Source: Clostridia bacterium (GTDB taxonomy: Bacteria > Bacillota > Clostridia > Oscillospirales > CAG-272). From it: 42,450 nt of DNA. The position numbers and the translations under genes are program-made. This document shows, piece after piece, positions 9,170 to 18,095 of the stretch (its first letter is position 1; every line of letters starts with the position of its first letter). Location of the stretch: contig JAFVYW010000065.1 in the NCBI GenBank assembly GCA_017508465.1, forward strand, positions 1 to 42,450, written 5' to 3'. The notes under the pieces are model-generated. The model did no database searches, was not told the origin of the DNA, and worked only from the letters and a program-made list of their open reading frames with translations.

Positions 9170-10711
9170 TTATTTTGCGTAGTCAACGCAGCGGGATTCG
9201 CGGATAACGCTGACCTTAATCTGACCTGGGTAGTTAAGCTCGCTCTGGATTTTGTTCGCGATATCGCGGGCAAGGATGACCATTGTATCGTCGGTGACAA
9301 CCTCGGGGCGAACCATGATACGAACTTCACGGCCTGCCTGAATAGCGAAGGTCTTTTCGACGCCTTCAAAGCTACCAGCCACTTCTTCAAGCTTCTGAAG
9401 TCGCTTGATGTAGTTTTCGACATCCTCACGGCGCGCGCCGGGACGAGCCGCGCTGATGGCGTCAGCCGCCTGAATGATAAAGTCGAGAACACCAGCAGAT
9501 TCCACATCGCCGTGGTGTGCTTCAATCGCGTGGATAATCGCGCGATTTTCCTTATACTTGGTAGCGATATCCACACCAAGCTGAACATGTGAGCCTTCGA
9601 TTTCTGCGGTAACCGCTTTACCGATATCATGCAGAAGTCCCGCGCGACGCGCCATGGTAACATCGGCGCCGAGTTCGTTCGCGATAACACCAGCAAGCAT
9701 CGAAACTTCGATAGAGTGACGAAGTACATTCTGACCATAGGAGGTACGGTACTTCATACGACCGAGAAGCTTAATGACTTCGGGGTGCAGGCCATGTACG
9801 CCCGTCTCAAATACTGCCTTCTCGCCCGCCTTCTTGATTTCGGTTTCGACCTCACGGCGTGCTTTTTCAATCATATCTTCGATACGAGCAGGGTGGATAC
9901 GGCCATCCGCAACGAGTTTTTCAAGAGCGATGCGCGCGATTTCGCGGCGCACAGGGTCAAAGCCCGAAACGGTGATGACATCGGGTGTATCGTCAATGAT
10001 GAGTTCCACACCCGTCAGGTTTTCAATGGTACGGATATTTCTGCCTTCGCGACCGATGATGCGTCCCTTCATTTCATCCGAGGGGATCTGCACCGAGGAG
10101 ATCGCTACCTCACTGACATGGTCAGCAGCGCATCTCTGGATAGCAAGGGAGAGAATGTTTCTCGCACGAGTTTCGCTTTCCTCACGGAACGCTTCTTCAT
10201 ACTCTGCAATTTTAAGCGCCGTTTCATGACGCATTTCGCTGTCCAGACGGGCAACAAGCTCTGCCTTTGCTTCCTCTGCGGTAAGGCCTGCCACTCTCTC
10301 AAGGGTGGCTCTTTGTTCGGCAATCGTGCGTTCGATTTCTGCGCGAAGCGCATCGACCGTACGATGTTTTTCTGCAAACTCACTTTCACGACGCTCCAGG
10401 TTTTCTACCTTCGCGTCAAGTGTTTCTTCCTTTTGTTGAATGCGTTTTTCCAGACGGGAAATCTCGCGGCGACGCTCCTTAATTTCGTTGTCCGCTTCTT
10501 TCTTCATCGTGAAAATTTCTTCTTTTGCGGCAAGGATAGATTCCTTCTTCGCGTTTTCCGCGCCACGAAGAGCTTCTTCGAGAATCACTCTCGCCTGCTC
10601 CTCGGCAGAACCAATCTTACGCTCGGAAACTACCTTACGAATCAACACACCTGCCACGCCTCCGACGAGAATACCGCCGACGGCTCCAATAATAATGGAA
10701 ATAGGATCCAA
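9170..10711 (-). CDS. rny: Ribonuclease Y
   Basis: 513 aa with an N-terminal TM helix, coiled coil, KH domain ([13 protein letters not shown]) and HD domain (LLHDIGKA). TTG start with AAGGAGG 6 nt upstream. Confidence 0.92.
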   Translation of the reverse strand: MDPISIIIGAVGGILVGGVAGVLIRKVVSERKIGSAEEQARVILEEALRGAENAKKESILAAKEEIFTMKKEADNEIKERRREISRLEKRIQQKEETLDAKVENLERRESEFAEKHRTVDALRAEIERTIAEQRATLERVAGLTAEEAKAELVARLDSEMRHETALKIAEYEEAFREESETRARNILSLAIQRCAADHVSEVAISSVQIPSDEMKGRIIGREGRNIRTIENLTGVELIIDDTPDVITVSGFDPVRREIARIALEKLVADGRIHPARIEDMIEKARREVETEIKKAGEKAVFETGVHGLHPEVIKLLGRMKYRTSYGQNVLRHSIEVSMLAGVIANELGADVTMARRAGLLHDIGKAVTAEIEGSHVQLGVDIATKYKENRAIIHAIEAHHGDVESAGVLDFIIQAADAISAARPGARREDVENYIKRLQKLEEVAGSFEGVEKTFAIQAGREVRIMVRPEVVTDDTMVILARDIANKIQSELNYPGQIKVSVIRESRCVDYAK

Positions 10712-10858
10712 TTGACACCTCCTTCGATTACTTTAGTAATCTGTAACTGAATTTAAGACATAGTATCCACAGGATACAGTAATTTGAAAATATATAAAAC
10801 AAAACTGTCATAGGGCGCTCTTACCTACCCGTATCACAGGCAGTATTTATACAAATAT

Positions 10859-10887
10859 ATTATAATATAAAATAAAGTCAATGTCAA
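10859..10887 (-). promoter_or_regulatory. Sigma-A-type promoter for rny
   Basis: Minus strand: TTGACA, 17 nt, TATAAT. Implies a ~140-nt 5' UTR. Confidence 0.5.
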
Positions 10888-11147
10888 GTCTTTTTTTCAT
10901 CCCCCGACTTTTTCGTGTGTCACAAAAATAAAATTTGCTTTTTTTCTTTGTTTTTCTCCATTTTGCAACATCGAATATGTAAACCTTTTTTTACATTTAT
11001 TTGTGTTTTGTTTTGTTGTTTCTTTTCTTTTTCTTTTTTTGGACTTTTTTCTTCTGCCTTGTTTTTTCGCTTATTTTGAAAATAATATTTTTCATTCTTT
11101 TGTTTTGTCCCATTTCAAAAAATTTTCATTTTTTTATAAAAAAAGTA

Positions 11148-11176
11148 TTGCAAATTGAGAAAGAATAGTGTAAAAT
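11148..11176 (+). promoter_or_regulatory. Sigma-A-type promoter for the 11220 ORF
   Basis: TTGCAA, 17 nt, TAAAAT, with TG extension. Confidence 0.5.
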
Positions 11177-11219
11177 ATATATATAAATACAAAATCTCAC
11201 AAAAGGCGGTGTCTTCTTA

Positions 11220-11645
11220 ATGAACAAAAAGAAACTGAACCAATCTTTCCTCTCTCTTTACGAGCAATTCGACAAAATCTGCTGCGAGAAATTCGGTATC
11301 TCGACTGGCGGCGCTACGGAATACATCAACCGTCTGAACAACGCCCGCTTTGCCCCCAACCGTGACGAAGTTCTTCCTAAACTCGTTAATTTCAGAAACA
11401 TTCGCAACCGTTTTGCCGCTGAGGCTACATTGGTTAAGAAGTCTGATGAGGTAAGCAAGGAAGATATCGCTTGGCTTCGTAACTTTATCAAAGACCTTCA
11501 GAAGCAGAGAGATCCCATCTCCGCATATCTCAAGAAGGCGCGTGCTTTTGCTCGCCGTCGCAAATTCGGCAAGGTTATGCTCGTTGTTGGCATTGTTGCC
11601 CTTGTTGCCGCTGCCGCAGTTGCCGCTTGGTTCTTCCTGAAGTAA
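11220..11645 (+). CDS. Hypothetical tail-anchored membrane protein (141 aa)
   Basis: Soluble helical N-terminal part and a single C-terminal TM (VMLVVGIVALVAAAAVAAWFFLK). Own promoter and terminator; weak RBS. Confidence 0.6.
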   Translation: MNKKKLNQSFLSLYEQFDKICCEKFGISTGGATEYINRLNNARFAPNRDEVLPKLVNFRNIRNRFAAEATLVKKSDEVSKEDIAWLRNFIKDLQKQRDPISAYLKKARAFARRRKFGKVMLVVGIVALVAAAAVAAWFFLK

Positions 11646-11658
11646 TCCATACATAAAA

Positions 11659-11690
11659 AACCGACCGTGAAGGTCGGTTTTCTTTTTATA
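11659..11690 (+). terminator. Intrinsic terminator
   Basis: AACCGACC gtgaa GGTCGGTT followed by a T-run. Confidence 0.75.
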
Positions 11691-11710
11691 TGTTTCCCAA
11701 ACCAAAAACA

Positions 11711-11746
11711 AAAAGAACCCCGACCGTGCGGTCGGGGTTCTTTTTT
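11711..11746. terminator. Bidirectional terminator (CCCCGACC-GTGC-GGTCGGGG family)
   Basis: GAACCCCGACC gtgc GGTCGGGGTTC with an A-run and a T-run; abuts the stop of the minus-strand 11745-13454 gene. Confidence 0.8.
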
Positions 11747-13454
11747 ATTCCTCATAGAGTGAATATTCTTCTAAAGAACTATTGCGTTTTCTCTTTTTAA
11801 AGAAGAAAATACAAACGAAGGAAAGAATAGAAAGAATAAGAAGTATTACCGGTGTAGCGGTAATATAACAATAAAAGTCTTTTGCCATTTTGAAGATGCG
11901 CACCTGATCATTGATACTTACAACAAACAGAGTATTCAATACGAATGTTATGATAGTGAGAACAGCGGCGATAGCAGAGGAAATGTAGTTCAAAATGTTT
12001 TTCTCCTGTTGTGCGCAACTCATCATAGAAACAAGGACATTGCTACCAAATATGCCTGCAAAAACAGCAAGCAGTATAACAAGATAATAAAGCAAAGCAA
12101 AAACGGTTGTTACATCTTCAAACATATAAAGAGCTACTTGAAGAGTCGCATTAGAAATAGCATTATCCGCAACGCCTTCTCTGATTTCCTTGGCACTGAA
12201 AAGCCCAGGAAGCGTGCTTAAGATCGTCTTAATTTTTTCCGGTTGAGAAACATCAACAAGATCTTCAAGCGTTTCTTCATCCATTTCATGGTTGAGATAG
12301 TAGCTGATATCAAGTGTAGTTTCCGCCGTGCGTTCTTCGCTGCCATTTTTGAAAATGCCTTTTACGCCGACAGTAAAGAAACCACCGAATACAGAACACA
12401 CCATGATAAAGGAAAGAACTACGGCCAAAGACTTAAAAACAATCGTCTTGATGCTCATTTTTTTCTCTTTGATCAGCACAAGGATGGTGTATGTAATAAT
12501 GTATGCAATAACAACAATCAAAGGAACAATATTCAGAGCAGGCTTTGTAGGAATAAAAACAATGTTCTTATTAACAAAGTAGGTAATCAAAACAGCAAAA
12601 GGAGAGAAGGCGAGAAGCTTTTGAACTATGGTCTTACATACACTTTCCCCTTTTATTGTACGAATAGCTGTTATAAGAGCAAATATAAATAAAACAATTG
12701 CAAAGCAGATATACAAGACAGAAACAACAGCACTTACCACATATTTTGCAGTTAATTTTGTTGTTTCAGAGCGAAGCGTTAACCTCATGCTGATCTTTGT
12801 AAATTGTTCCAGAAGGCGTTTATCGCTGCGGCTTAATCTCAGGTCCTCGTCCGTAGGATCAATCTCGCGATCTTTAATCTCTTCCATAATATCTTCAAAT
12901 TTTTCATAAAGTCGCGAATTTTGAATATCCTCTGCGGTATCATCCATAGCCGCATCAAACATGACGATTACATTATCCATCGCAGAAAATCTGACGGGGA
13001 TTTTCTCATTTACATCAAGACTTTCGCCTAAATCCCATTGGAAAACAGGAAGAAAAGAAAAAACAAGAAACAATAGTGCTATCAAAGGCAATACCAGTTG
13101 TTTTGTGATGGAAAACCAATCTTTCTTGCTCTTTTTTCTTAAAAGACTATCTTTTTCAATCAGCGCTTCTCCACAGCGAAGACAAAAGCGTTTTTCCGCA
13201 GGGAAAATCAGTTTACATTTTCTGCAAACCTTTTGTTTGGGTTCTTCTTTTTTAAGTCGTGCGCCACATTCACCACAAAAATCAGCATCTTCACTGATAT
13301 GAACGCCGCAAACAGGACATACTGTTGTTTGTGCGACAGGTTGTTCGGCGGGAGCAGGCTCTTTTTCTTTAGGAGCTCCACACGCGCCACAAAAAGAAGA
13401 AGCAGGGGAGTTTTCACTTTGACAGTTTGGACAAATCCAGATTTCTTCGTTCAT
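11745..13454 (-). CDS. Triple zinc-ribbon domain polytopic membrane protein (569 aa)
   Basis: The N-terminus has three CxxC-(10-12)-CxxCG ribbons (CPNC..CGACG, CPVC..CGECG, CRKC..CLRCG). These are followed by many hydrophobic helices. GAGGTG RBS. Confidence 0.7.
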   Translation of the reverse strand: MNEEIWICPNCQSENSPASSFCGACGAPKEKEPAPAEQPVAQTTVCPVCGVHISEDADFCGECGARLKKEEPKQKVCRKCKLIFPAEKRFCLRCGEALIEKDSLLRKKSKKDWFSITKQLVLPLIALLFLVFSFLPVFQWDLGESLDVNEKIPVRFSAMDNVIVMFDAAMDDTAEDIQNSRLYEKFEDIMEEIKDREIDPTDEDLRLSRSDKRLLEQFTKISMRLTLRSETTKLTAKYVVSAVVSVLYICFAIVLFIFALITAIRTIKGESVCKTIVQKLLAFSPFAVLITYFVNKNIVFIPTKPALNIVPLIVVIAYIITYTILVLIKEKKMSIKTIVFKSLAVVLSFIMVCSVFGGFFTVGVKGIFKNGSEERTAETTLDISYYLNHEMDEETLEDLVDVSQPEKIKTILSTLPGLFSAKEIREGVADNAISNATLQVALYMFEDVTTVFALLYYLVILLAVFAGIFGSNVLVSMMSCAQQEKNILNYISSAIAAVLTIITFVLNTLFVVSINDQVRIFKMAKDFYCYITATPVILLILSILSFVCIFFFKKRKRNSSLEEYSLYEE

Positions 13455-13490
13455 AAAATCACCTCATTTTTTTATAGTAGCAAAATAATT

Positions 13491-13509
13491 TTATCACAAT
13501 TTGTGATAA
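13491..13509. promoter_or_regulatory. Perfect 19-bp palindrome, candidate XRE operator O1
   Basis: TTATCACAA T TTGTGATAA in the divergent intergenic region. Confidence 0.55.
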
Positions 13510-13517
13510 ATGTCAAT

Positions 13518-13532
13518 ATCACATTTTGTGAT
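13518..13532. promoter_or_regulatory. 15-bp palindrome, candidate XRE operator O2
   Basis: ATCACA TTT TGTGAT; same half-site as O1, centres 25 bp apart. Confidence 0.5.
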
Positions 13533-13570
13533 TATATATAATTTTCCTATAAAAATAAGGAGATTAAAAA

Positions 13571-13810
13571 ATGAGACTTAAAGATTTACGAGAAGACGCT
13601 GACCTCACACAGGCGTTTATTGCAAAGCAATTTCACATCAGACAAAGCACCTATTCGCAATATGAGAATGGACAAAGACAAATTTCCTTGCGACTTTTGA
13701 TTGACCTCGCTGTTTTTTATAAGACCTCCATTGACTATATTGTGGGATTGACAGACGAAAGACACCCCTATCCCTATAACGGTTATGTCCTGACATTACA
13801 GATGAAATAA
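13571..13810 (+). CDS. XRE-family helix-turn-helix transcriptional regulator (79 aa)
   Basis: LTQAFIAKQFHIRQSTYSQYENGQRQISLRLLIDLAVFYKTSIDYIVGLTD is a classic HTH_3/Cro-C1 pattern. AAGGAG RBS. Confidence 0.8.
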   Translation: MRLKDLREDADLTQAFIAKQFHIRQSTYSQYENGQRQISLRLLIDLAVFYKTSIDYIVGLTDERHPYPYNGYVLTLQMK

Positions 13811-13826
13811 TTCGCTACGAAAGGAA

Positions 13827-13858
13827 GAAAAACCCCGACCATGCGGTCGGGGTTTTTG
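13827..13858. terminator. Bidirectional terminator (CCCCGACC-ATGC-GGTCGGGG)
   Basis: AACCCCGACC atgc GGTCGGGGTT with A/T runs; near-identical to the hairpin at 11715-11740. Confidence 0.8.
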
Positions 13859-13901
13859 TGTTTTTTACTTTGTCGGATACAAAATGAAAAAAGCGTTCTT
13901 T

Positions 13902-15362
13902 TTATTTTTTGTATGTCGCGGGGGTAAAAAGAACCAGTAGGGGGAAGAGCTCCAGTCTGCCGATCAGCATATTGAACATATAGACAATTTTCGCAAAATT
14001 GGAGAATGCGCCAAAGTTTCCCGTCGAGCCGACTTGACCAAACGCAGGACCAACATTGTTGAGTGTGGTCATGGTGGTGGTGAAGTTTGTCTCGAAGGCA
14101 ATCGGCTCACCGCCGAAGGTACAAAGGGAGAGCAGAACCATCGAGAGAATAAAGACGGCAAAATAGGTCACGATATAGGCGTTGACCGAACGGACAACCT
14201 CATGTTCGACGGTATTGCCATCGACGGTAATTTTCTTCACCTGTCGGGGATGGACGAGCATTTTCATCTCGCGGAGCATACCCTTGGCGAGCATAACGAT
14301 ACGCGAAACCTTGATACCACCGCCTGTCGAGCCTGCGCATGCGCCCATGAGCATCAAAAACAGGAGAAGAAACTTGGAAAGCTCCGGCCAGGCTAAAATT
14401 TCGAGAGTGACATGACCTGTTGTTGAGACAATAGATGCCGACATAAAGGACGAATGTAAGAAAGCCTCGGAGAGATTTTCTATCGTTCCTGTAAAATAAA
14501 GGTTCAGGGCGATGGTGATAATAATACCTGCCACCACACCTAAAAACACGCGGATCTCGGAATTGAATGCATCCTTAAATCTTGCACGGAAGAGAAGAAA
14601 ATAAGACGAGAAGTTAATGGAAAAGAGTAACATAAAGACCGTCACAATCACAAGGGTGGTTGTCGAGGCGGACGCCATGCTGTCATTATGAATGCCAAAT
14701 CCACCAGTACCAGCGGTCGAGAAGGTGATATTTACTGCCTCAAAAAAGTCCACGCCCGACACAAGAAGTGCGACGAGCATAATAACGGAGAGGGCAAAAT
14801 AAATGGTATACAGGATAATTGCCGTATTTTTTACCTTTGGCACAAGCTTGGATACGGTAGGACCAGGGGATTCGGCACGCATGATATGCATGCTCTGACC
14901 ACCGCCGAGGGGCAGAATGGCAAGGATAAATACCAGCACACCCATACCACCAATCCAGTGAGTAAAGGAACGCCATATCAATACCGCGTGCGATAAATCC
15001 TCAACGGCAGAAAAAATGCTCGCGCCCGTTGTGGTAAAGCCCGATATGGTTTCAAAAAGGGCATCGATATAGCTGTTTGTCGCGCCCGACAAAACGAACG
15101 GCACTGCACCAAAGACAGAAAGGACAATCCACGAGAGCGCGCAGATAACCAATCCTTCCTTCTGGTAGAGTTTTTTCTCCTTTGGCTTTAAGAAGAGAAT
15201 ACATAAAAGTCCTGTGGCTACCGTCACAAGAGCCGTCGCCAAAAAGGAGAAAACGCTTTGCCATTCGTGATAACACAGACCTGTGATGATGGGCACAAGA
15301 AAGAATGTGCTCTCAAAAATAAGAAGCCATCCCACAGTATATTTTATCATACGAAAGTTCAT
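13902..15362 (-). CDS. trkH: TrkH/KtrB-family potassium uptake membrane subunit
   Basis: 486 aa, polytopic, with repeated selectivity-filter-like motifs (GFTTTGASIF, STAGTGGFG, TTGHV, GSTGGGIKVSR). Confidence 0.9.
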   Translation of the reverse strand: MNFRMIKYTVGWLLIFESTFFLVPIITGLCYHEWQSVFSFLATALVTVATGLLCILFLKPKEKKLYQKEGLVICALSWIVLSVFGAVPFVLSGATNSYIDALFETISGFTTTGASIFSAVEDLSHAVLIWRSFTHWIGGMGVLVFILAILPLGGGQSMHIMRAESPGPTVSKLVPKVKNTAIILYTIYFALSVIMLVALLVSGVDFFEAVNITFSTAGTGGFGIHNDSMASASTTTLVIVTVFMLLFSINFSSYFLLFRARFKDAFNSEIRVFLGVVAGIIITIALNLYFTGTIENLSEAFLHSSFMSASIVSTTGHVTLEILAWPELSKFLLLFLMLMGACAGSTGGGIKVSRIVMLAKGMLREMKMLVHPRQVKKITVDGNTVEHEVVRSVNAYIVTYFAVFILSMVLLSLCTFGGEPIAFETNFTTTMTTLNNVGPAFGQVGSTGNFGAFSNFAKIVYMFNMLIGRLELFPLLVLFTPATYKK

Positions 15363-15396
15363 TTTTGCCTCAATATGTTAAACTTTGTTTACATTT

Positions 15397-16752
15397 TTAA
15401 TGAAAAAGTTCTCTGAATTCACCAATACCAAGATGTTTAGACACGACAACAACATGGTCGCCTACCATCAGACAATCCTGTCCGTGAGGGATAATCAGGG
15501 AGCGCCCACGCAAGATAGCGCCGAGGATAACATTCTCCTTTAAGGGAAGCTCACAGAGTGGAACGCCGAGGTCGGGGAATAGCTTTCCTACGACAAATTC
15601 GGTAACCTCAATCTTGCCTTTGATAATGGAATAGAGATTTTCCACATTGTTTCCCTCGGTTGCTCCGAGCGAGCGCACATAACGCGTGATGCGGTCGGAG
15701 GCAATATTTTTCGGGTAAATTATCGTGTCGAGATTTAAATTTGCCGTCATGGTCGAATATTCGGGACGATTGATTTTTGTGATAACCTTTGCGCCTGTTG
15801 CGCGATGGGCAAAGAGGGAAATCAGGATATTTTCTTCATCGGTGTCCGAGAGAGCGAGAAGGGCGTCGGTCTGTCTGATACCCTCTTCAATGAGCAGTTC
15901 CTGCTCTGTACCGTCACCGTGAATGATAGTCGCATCGTCAAACTTCGCGCAGATTTCTTCGCAGACCGAAAGGTCTCCTTCAATCACCTTGATATTGATG
16001 CCACTCTTATGAAGCTCTTTCAGCACATACTGTGTCAGTTCACTCACGCCGACAATCATCATATCGCGGATAGCAATATCGCGTCCGCCGATTTTCTTGT
16101 AGAACGCCTCTGCCGTACGGGGAGATGCAATAATCGAGATAATATCGTTTTCCTCAAAGACAAAGCTTGCATTTGGTATATGCGCTTCCTCACCGCGTTC
16201 CACGGTACAGATGAGAAGATTTAATTTATATCTTGTCATCGCTTCCTTGACGGAGAGTCCAATCATGGAGGAATCCTTCGGGATGCGGAACTTCATCAGT
16301 TCCACCTTTCCTTTGGCAAAGGTCTCAATATTCAGCGCCTCGGGAAAACGGATCAGACGACAGATTTCCTTCGCGCCCTCTTCCTCGGGGTTGATAACCA
16401 TAGCGAGTCCCAGCCCCTCTTTCAGATATTCCACCTCTGTGGAATATTCCGGACTTTCAACACGCGCGACGGTGTGACACTTGCTTGTCTTTTTTGCAAT
16501 CGTACAGCAAAGCAGGTTCAATTCATCCGATTCGGTCACCGCAATCAGAAGGTCAGCCGTGGAAATGCCTGCCTCGCGAAGGGTGGTGTGTGTCGCGCCG
16601 TTGCCGACCACGCCGAGAATATCATATTTATCTGTAATTTTCTTGATTTTTTCACTCGAAAGGTCGACGACCGTCACACTGTTTCCCTCTTCCAGGAGGT
16701 TTACCGCAAGCGTTTGTCCGACATTTCCAAGTCCCACAATAATAATTTTCAT
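15397..16752 (-). CDS. trkA: Trk system NAD-binding subunit TrkA (two RCK/KTN domains)
   Basis: 451 aa; MKIIIVGLGNVGQTLA Rossmann motif, with a second KTN domain at MMIVGVSELTQYV. Confidence 0.9.
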   Translation of the reverse strand: MKIIIVGLGNVGQTLAVNLLEEGNSVTVVDLSSEKIKKITDKYDILGVVGNGATHTTLREAGISTADLLIAVTESDELNLLCCTIAKKTSKCHTVARVESPEYSTEVEYLKEGLGLAMVINPEEEGAKEICRLIRFPEALNIETFAKGKVELMKFRIPKDSSMIGLSVKEAMTRYKLNLLICTVERGEEAHIPNASFVFEENDIISIIASPRTAEAFYKKIGGRDIAIRDMMIVGVSELTQYVLKELHKSGINIKVIEGDLSVCEEICAKFDDATIIHGDGTEQELLIEEGIRQTDALLALSDTDEENILISLFAHRATGAKVITKINRPEYSTMTANLNLDTIIYPKNIASDRITRYVRSLGATEGNNVENLYSIIKGKIEVTEFVVGKLFPDLGVPLCELPLKENVILGAILRGRSLIIPHGQDCLMVGDHVVVVSKHLGIGEFRELFH

Positions 16753-16785
16753 ATTTTCACCTAAAAAACTACTTTCGTATTCTAT

Positions 16786-16814
16786 ATTATAAATATTTTA
16801 GTCTCGTTTGTCAA
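16786..16814 (-). promoter_or_regulatory. Sigma-A-type promoter for trkA-trkH
   Basis: Minus strand: TTGACA, 17 nt, TATAAT. Leaves only a ~25-30 nt leader. Confidence 0.55.
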
Positions 16815-16897
16815 GGGCTTTCCTGTATCTATACCAAATCTTGTATACCAAATCTTAAAGAAGAGGTAACGATTTTTTTAACAAAGTATAAAATGTC

Positions 16898-16926
16898 TTG
16901 CTTTCCCCGTTTTATTATTATATAAT
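16898..16926 (+). promoter_or_regulatory. Sigma-A-type promoter for the 16946 ORF
   Basis: TTGCTT, 17 nt, TATAAT. Confidence 0.45.
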
Positions 16927-16945
16927 AAAGAAAAGGAGATTTTGT

Positions 16946-17464
16946 ATGTTATCTACTTTGTATTACGATTATTTTCGTTGTAACCTGAAAGAATATGTCG
17001 GTGTCGATTTTCCTATCACCGCGGTTATTTTTTATCTTACCATCGGTCTGATTCTTGCTACCTTCTTCATCTATGTGCAGAACCGTACCATTCTCTATGC
17101 CTTGAAGCGCCTTTATAAGCATAAATGTCTCGATGAAGAAAGCGCTCAAACCATAGAGGAACTACACCTCACCAAGCATAAATTTATTCTTCATATGTTA
17201 AAGGGGCAAAGTATGCTCTCCCATTATGTCCGTCGCGTTCCGACCAGAACGGAGGAGGACGAGAATACCCCTGTGCTACTACGCAAGGTAGATTTCCGGA
17301 CGGATAAATTCTATTTAGATGAAAACTATTTCACCCGTTCGAAAGCCATCATTGACCGTGGTGAAGAACCCATTTCGCATCCCCTGCTTTCTTCTCTGTG
17401 CTTTCTTGTGGTATTTTTGATTTTGTTTTTCACCATGCCGTCCATTTTGTCTCTTCTCTTTTAA
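16946..17464 (+). CDS. Hypothetical membrane protein (172 aa, two TM helices)
   Basis: Trimmed to MLSTLYYDYF, with AAAGGAG 7 nt upstream. One TM near the N-terminus and one at the C-terminus. Confidence 0.55.
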   Translation: MLSTLYYDYFRCNLKEYVGVDFPITAVIFYLTIGLILATFFIYVQNRTILYALKRLYKHKCLDEESAQTIEELHLTKHKFILHMLKGQSMLSHYVRRVPTRTEEDENTPVLLRKVDFRTDKFYLDENYFTRSKAIIDRGEEPISHPLLSSLCFLVVFLILFFTMPSILSLLF

Positions 17465-17476
17465 TAAAATCATGAT

Positions 17477-17499
17477 GTGGGGGCGACCATTGATCGCCC
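17477..17499 (+). repeat. REP-B-like hairpin with mutated head (GTGG)
   Basis: GTGGGGGCGACCattGATCGCCC. Confidence 0.6.
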
Positions 17500-17540
17500 G
17501 CAACCATCCGCAAAACAGGCGATGCATCCTATCTCGCGTT

Positions 17541-17568
17541 GTAGGGACAGGCGTCCTCGACTGTCCGT
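17541..17568 (+). repeat. REP-A hairpin
   Basis: GTAGGGACAGGCGTCCTCGACTGTCCGT; exact reverse complement of 1187-1214 and 17958-17985. Confidence 0.85.
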
Positions 17569-17583
17569 AAATCGAATTAACCC

Positions 17584-17608
17584 AATACGGTGAAACTGGC
17601 GATAAAAA
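17584..17608 (+). repeat. Shared 5' motif upstream of REP-flanked ORFs (copy 2)
   Basis: AATACggtGAAACTGGCGATAAAAA; see 323-350. Confidence 0.6.
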
Positions 17609-17625
17609 GCAAAGGAGATATATTC

Positions 17626-17883
17626 ATGATAGACAAGGATGATTGGAGATTAAGCGGTCAAGAAGATTATTTATCAGGCAAAGTATTATATTTTCGCAAA
17701 TGGAAAGCTCCCAAGAAAGAATGGGATCACGAACATTGCGAATTTTGTTGGGCGAAATTTTCCGATTCTCCCGACACACTACATGAGGGATATACGACAG
17801 AAGATAATTATTATTGGATATGTCCTACTTGTTACAATGATTTCAAAGAAATGTTCAAATGGAAAGAAAATGATCGTCAATAA
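17626..17883 (+). CDS. Small hypothetical protein with a putative zinc-binding motif (85 aa)
   Basis: Trimmed to MIDKDDW, with AAAGGAG 8 nt upstream. Motif is HEHCEFCW...WICPTCY (H/C-x2-C ... C-x2-C). No family recognised. Confidence 0.6.
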   Translation: MIDKDDWRLSGQEDYLSGKVLYFRKWKAPKKEWDHEHCEFCWAKFSDSPDTLHEGYTTEDNYYWICPTCYNDFKEMFKWKENDRQ

Positions 17884-17890
17884 TGGCGAA

Positions 17891-17918
17891 CCCCGACAGA
17901 TTTTTTTATCTGTCGGGG
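17891..17918 (+). terminator. Intrinsic terminator
   Basis: CCCCGACAGAT ttttt ATCTGTCGGGG followed by TTTATTT. Confidence 0.8.
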
Positions 17919-17957
17919 TTTATTTCTTTGCTTTCTGTGAAACAATTTTTTGCGCTA

Positions 17958-17985
17958 ACGGACAGTCGAGGACGCCTGTCCCTAC
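17958..17985 (-). repeat. REP-A hairpin
   Basis: ACGGACAGTCGAGGACGCCTGTCCCTAC; identical to 1187-1214. Confidence 0.85.
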
Positions 17986-18029
17986 AAACAATAATTGTTT
18001 GCTTTCTATGAATCAAATTTTGATTATTC

Positions 18030-18095
18030 GTAGGGGCGACCATTGGTCGCCCGTTTTTTTTCGGTTGTTTGTGGGCGATCAATGATCGCCCCTAC
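18030..18095. repeat. Inverted pair of REP-B hairpins (BIME-like)
   Basis: GTAGGGGCGACCattGGTCGCCC (18030-18052) and GTGGGCGATCaatGATCGCCCCTAC (18071-18095). Confidence 0.85.

Noticed and set aside
9629-10750. Long antisense ORFs opposite well-supported genes: 9629-10750 (+) opposite rny, 18720-19829 (+) opposite rnj, 20228-21091 (+) opposite the HTH gene, 22205-23056 (+) opposite gyrA, 27972-28616 (+) opposite dnaN, 33256-33774 (+) opposite parB, 38862-39686 (-) opposite the Gfo/Idh/MocA gene, and 8269-8862 (-) opposite addA.
   Set aside because: Each lies fully inside a gene whose product has clear family motifs on the other strand. Their translations are low-complexity or Cys/Phe/Arg-rich and have no recognisable motifs. 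None has an RBS or promoter.
16753-16897. c-di-AMP (ydaO/kimA-type) riboswitch upstream of trkA.
   Set aside because: The predicted promoter leaves only a ~25-30 nt leader, and no long structured leader is present.
17590-17625. GTG start at 17590 for the small Zn-motif ORF.
   Set aside because: The first 12 codons are the shared non-coding 5' motif (GAAACTGGCGATAAAA), which is non-coding at the other locus. AAAGGAG precedes the ATG at 17626.
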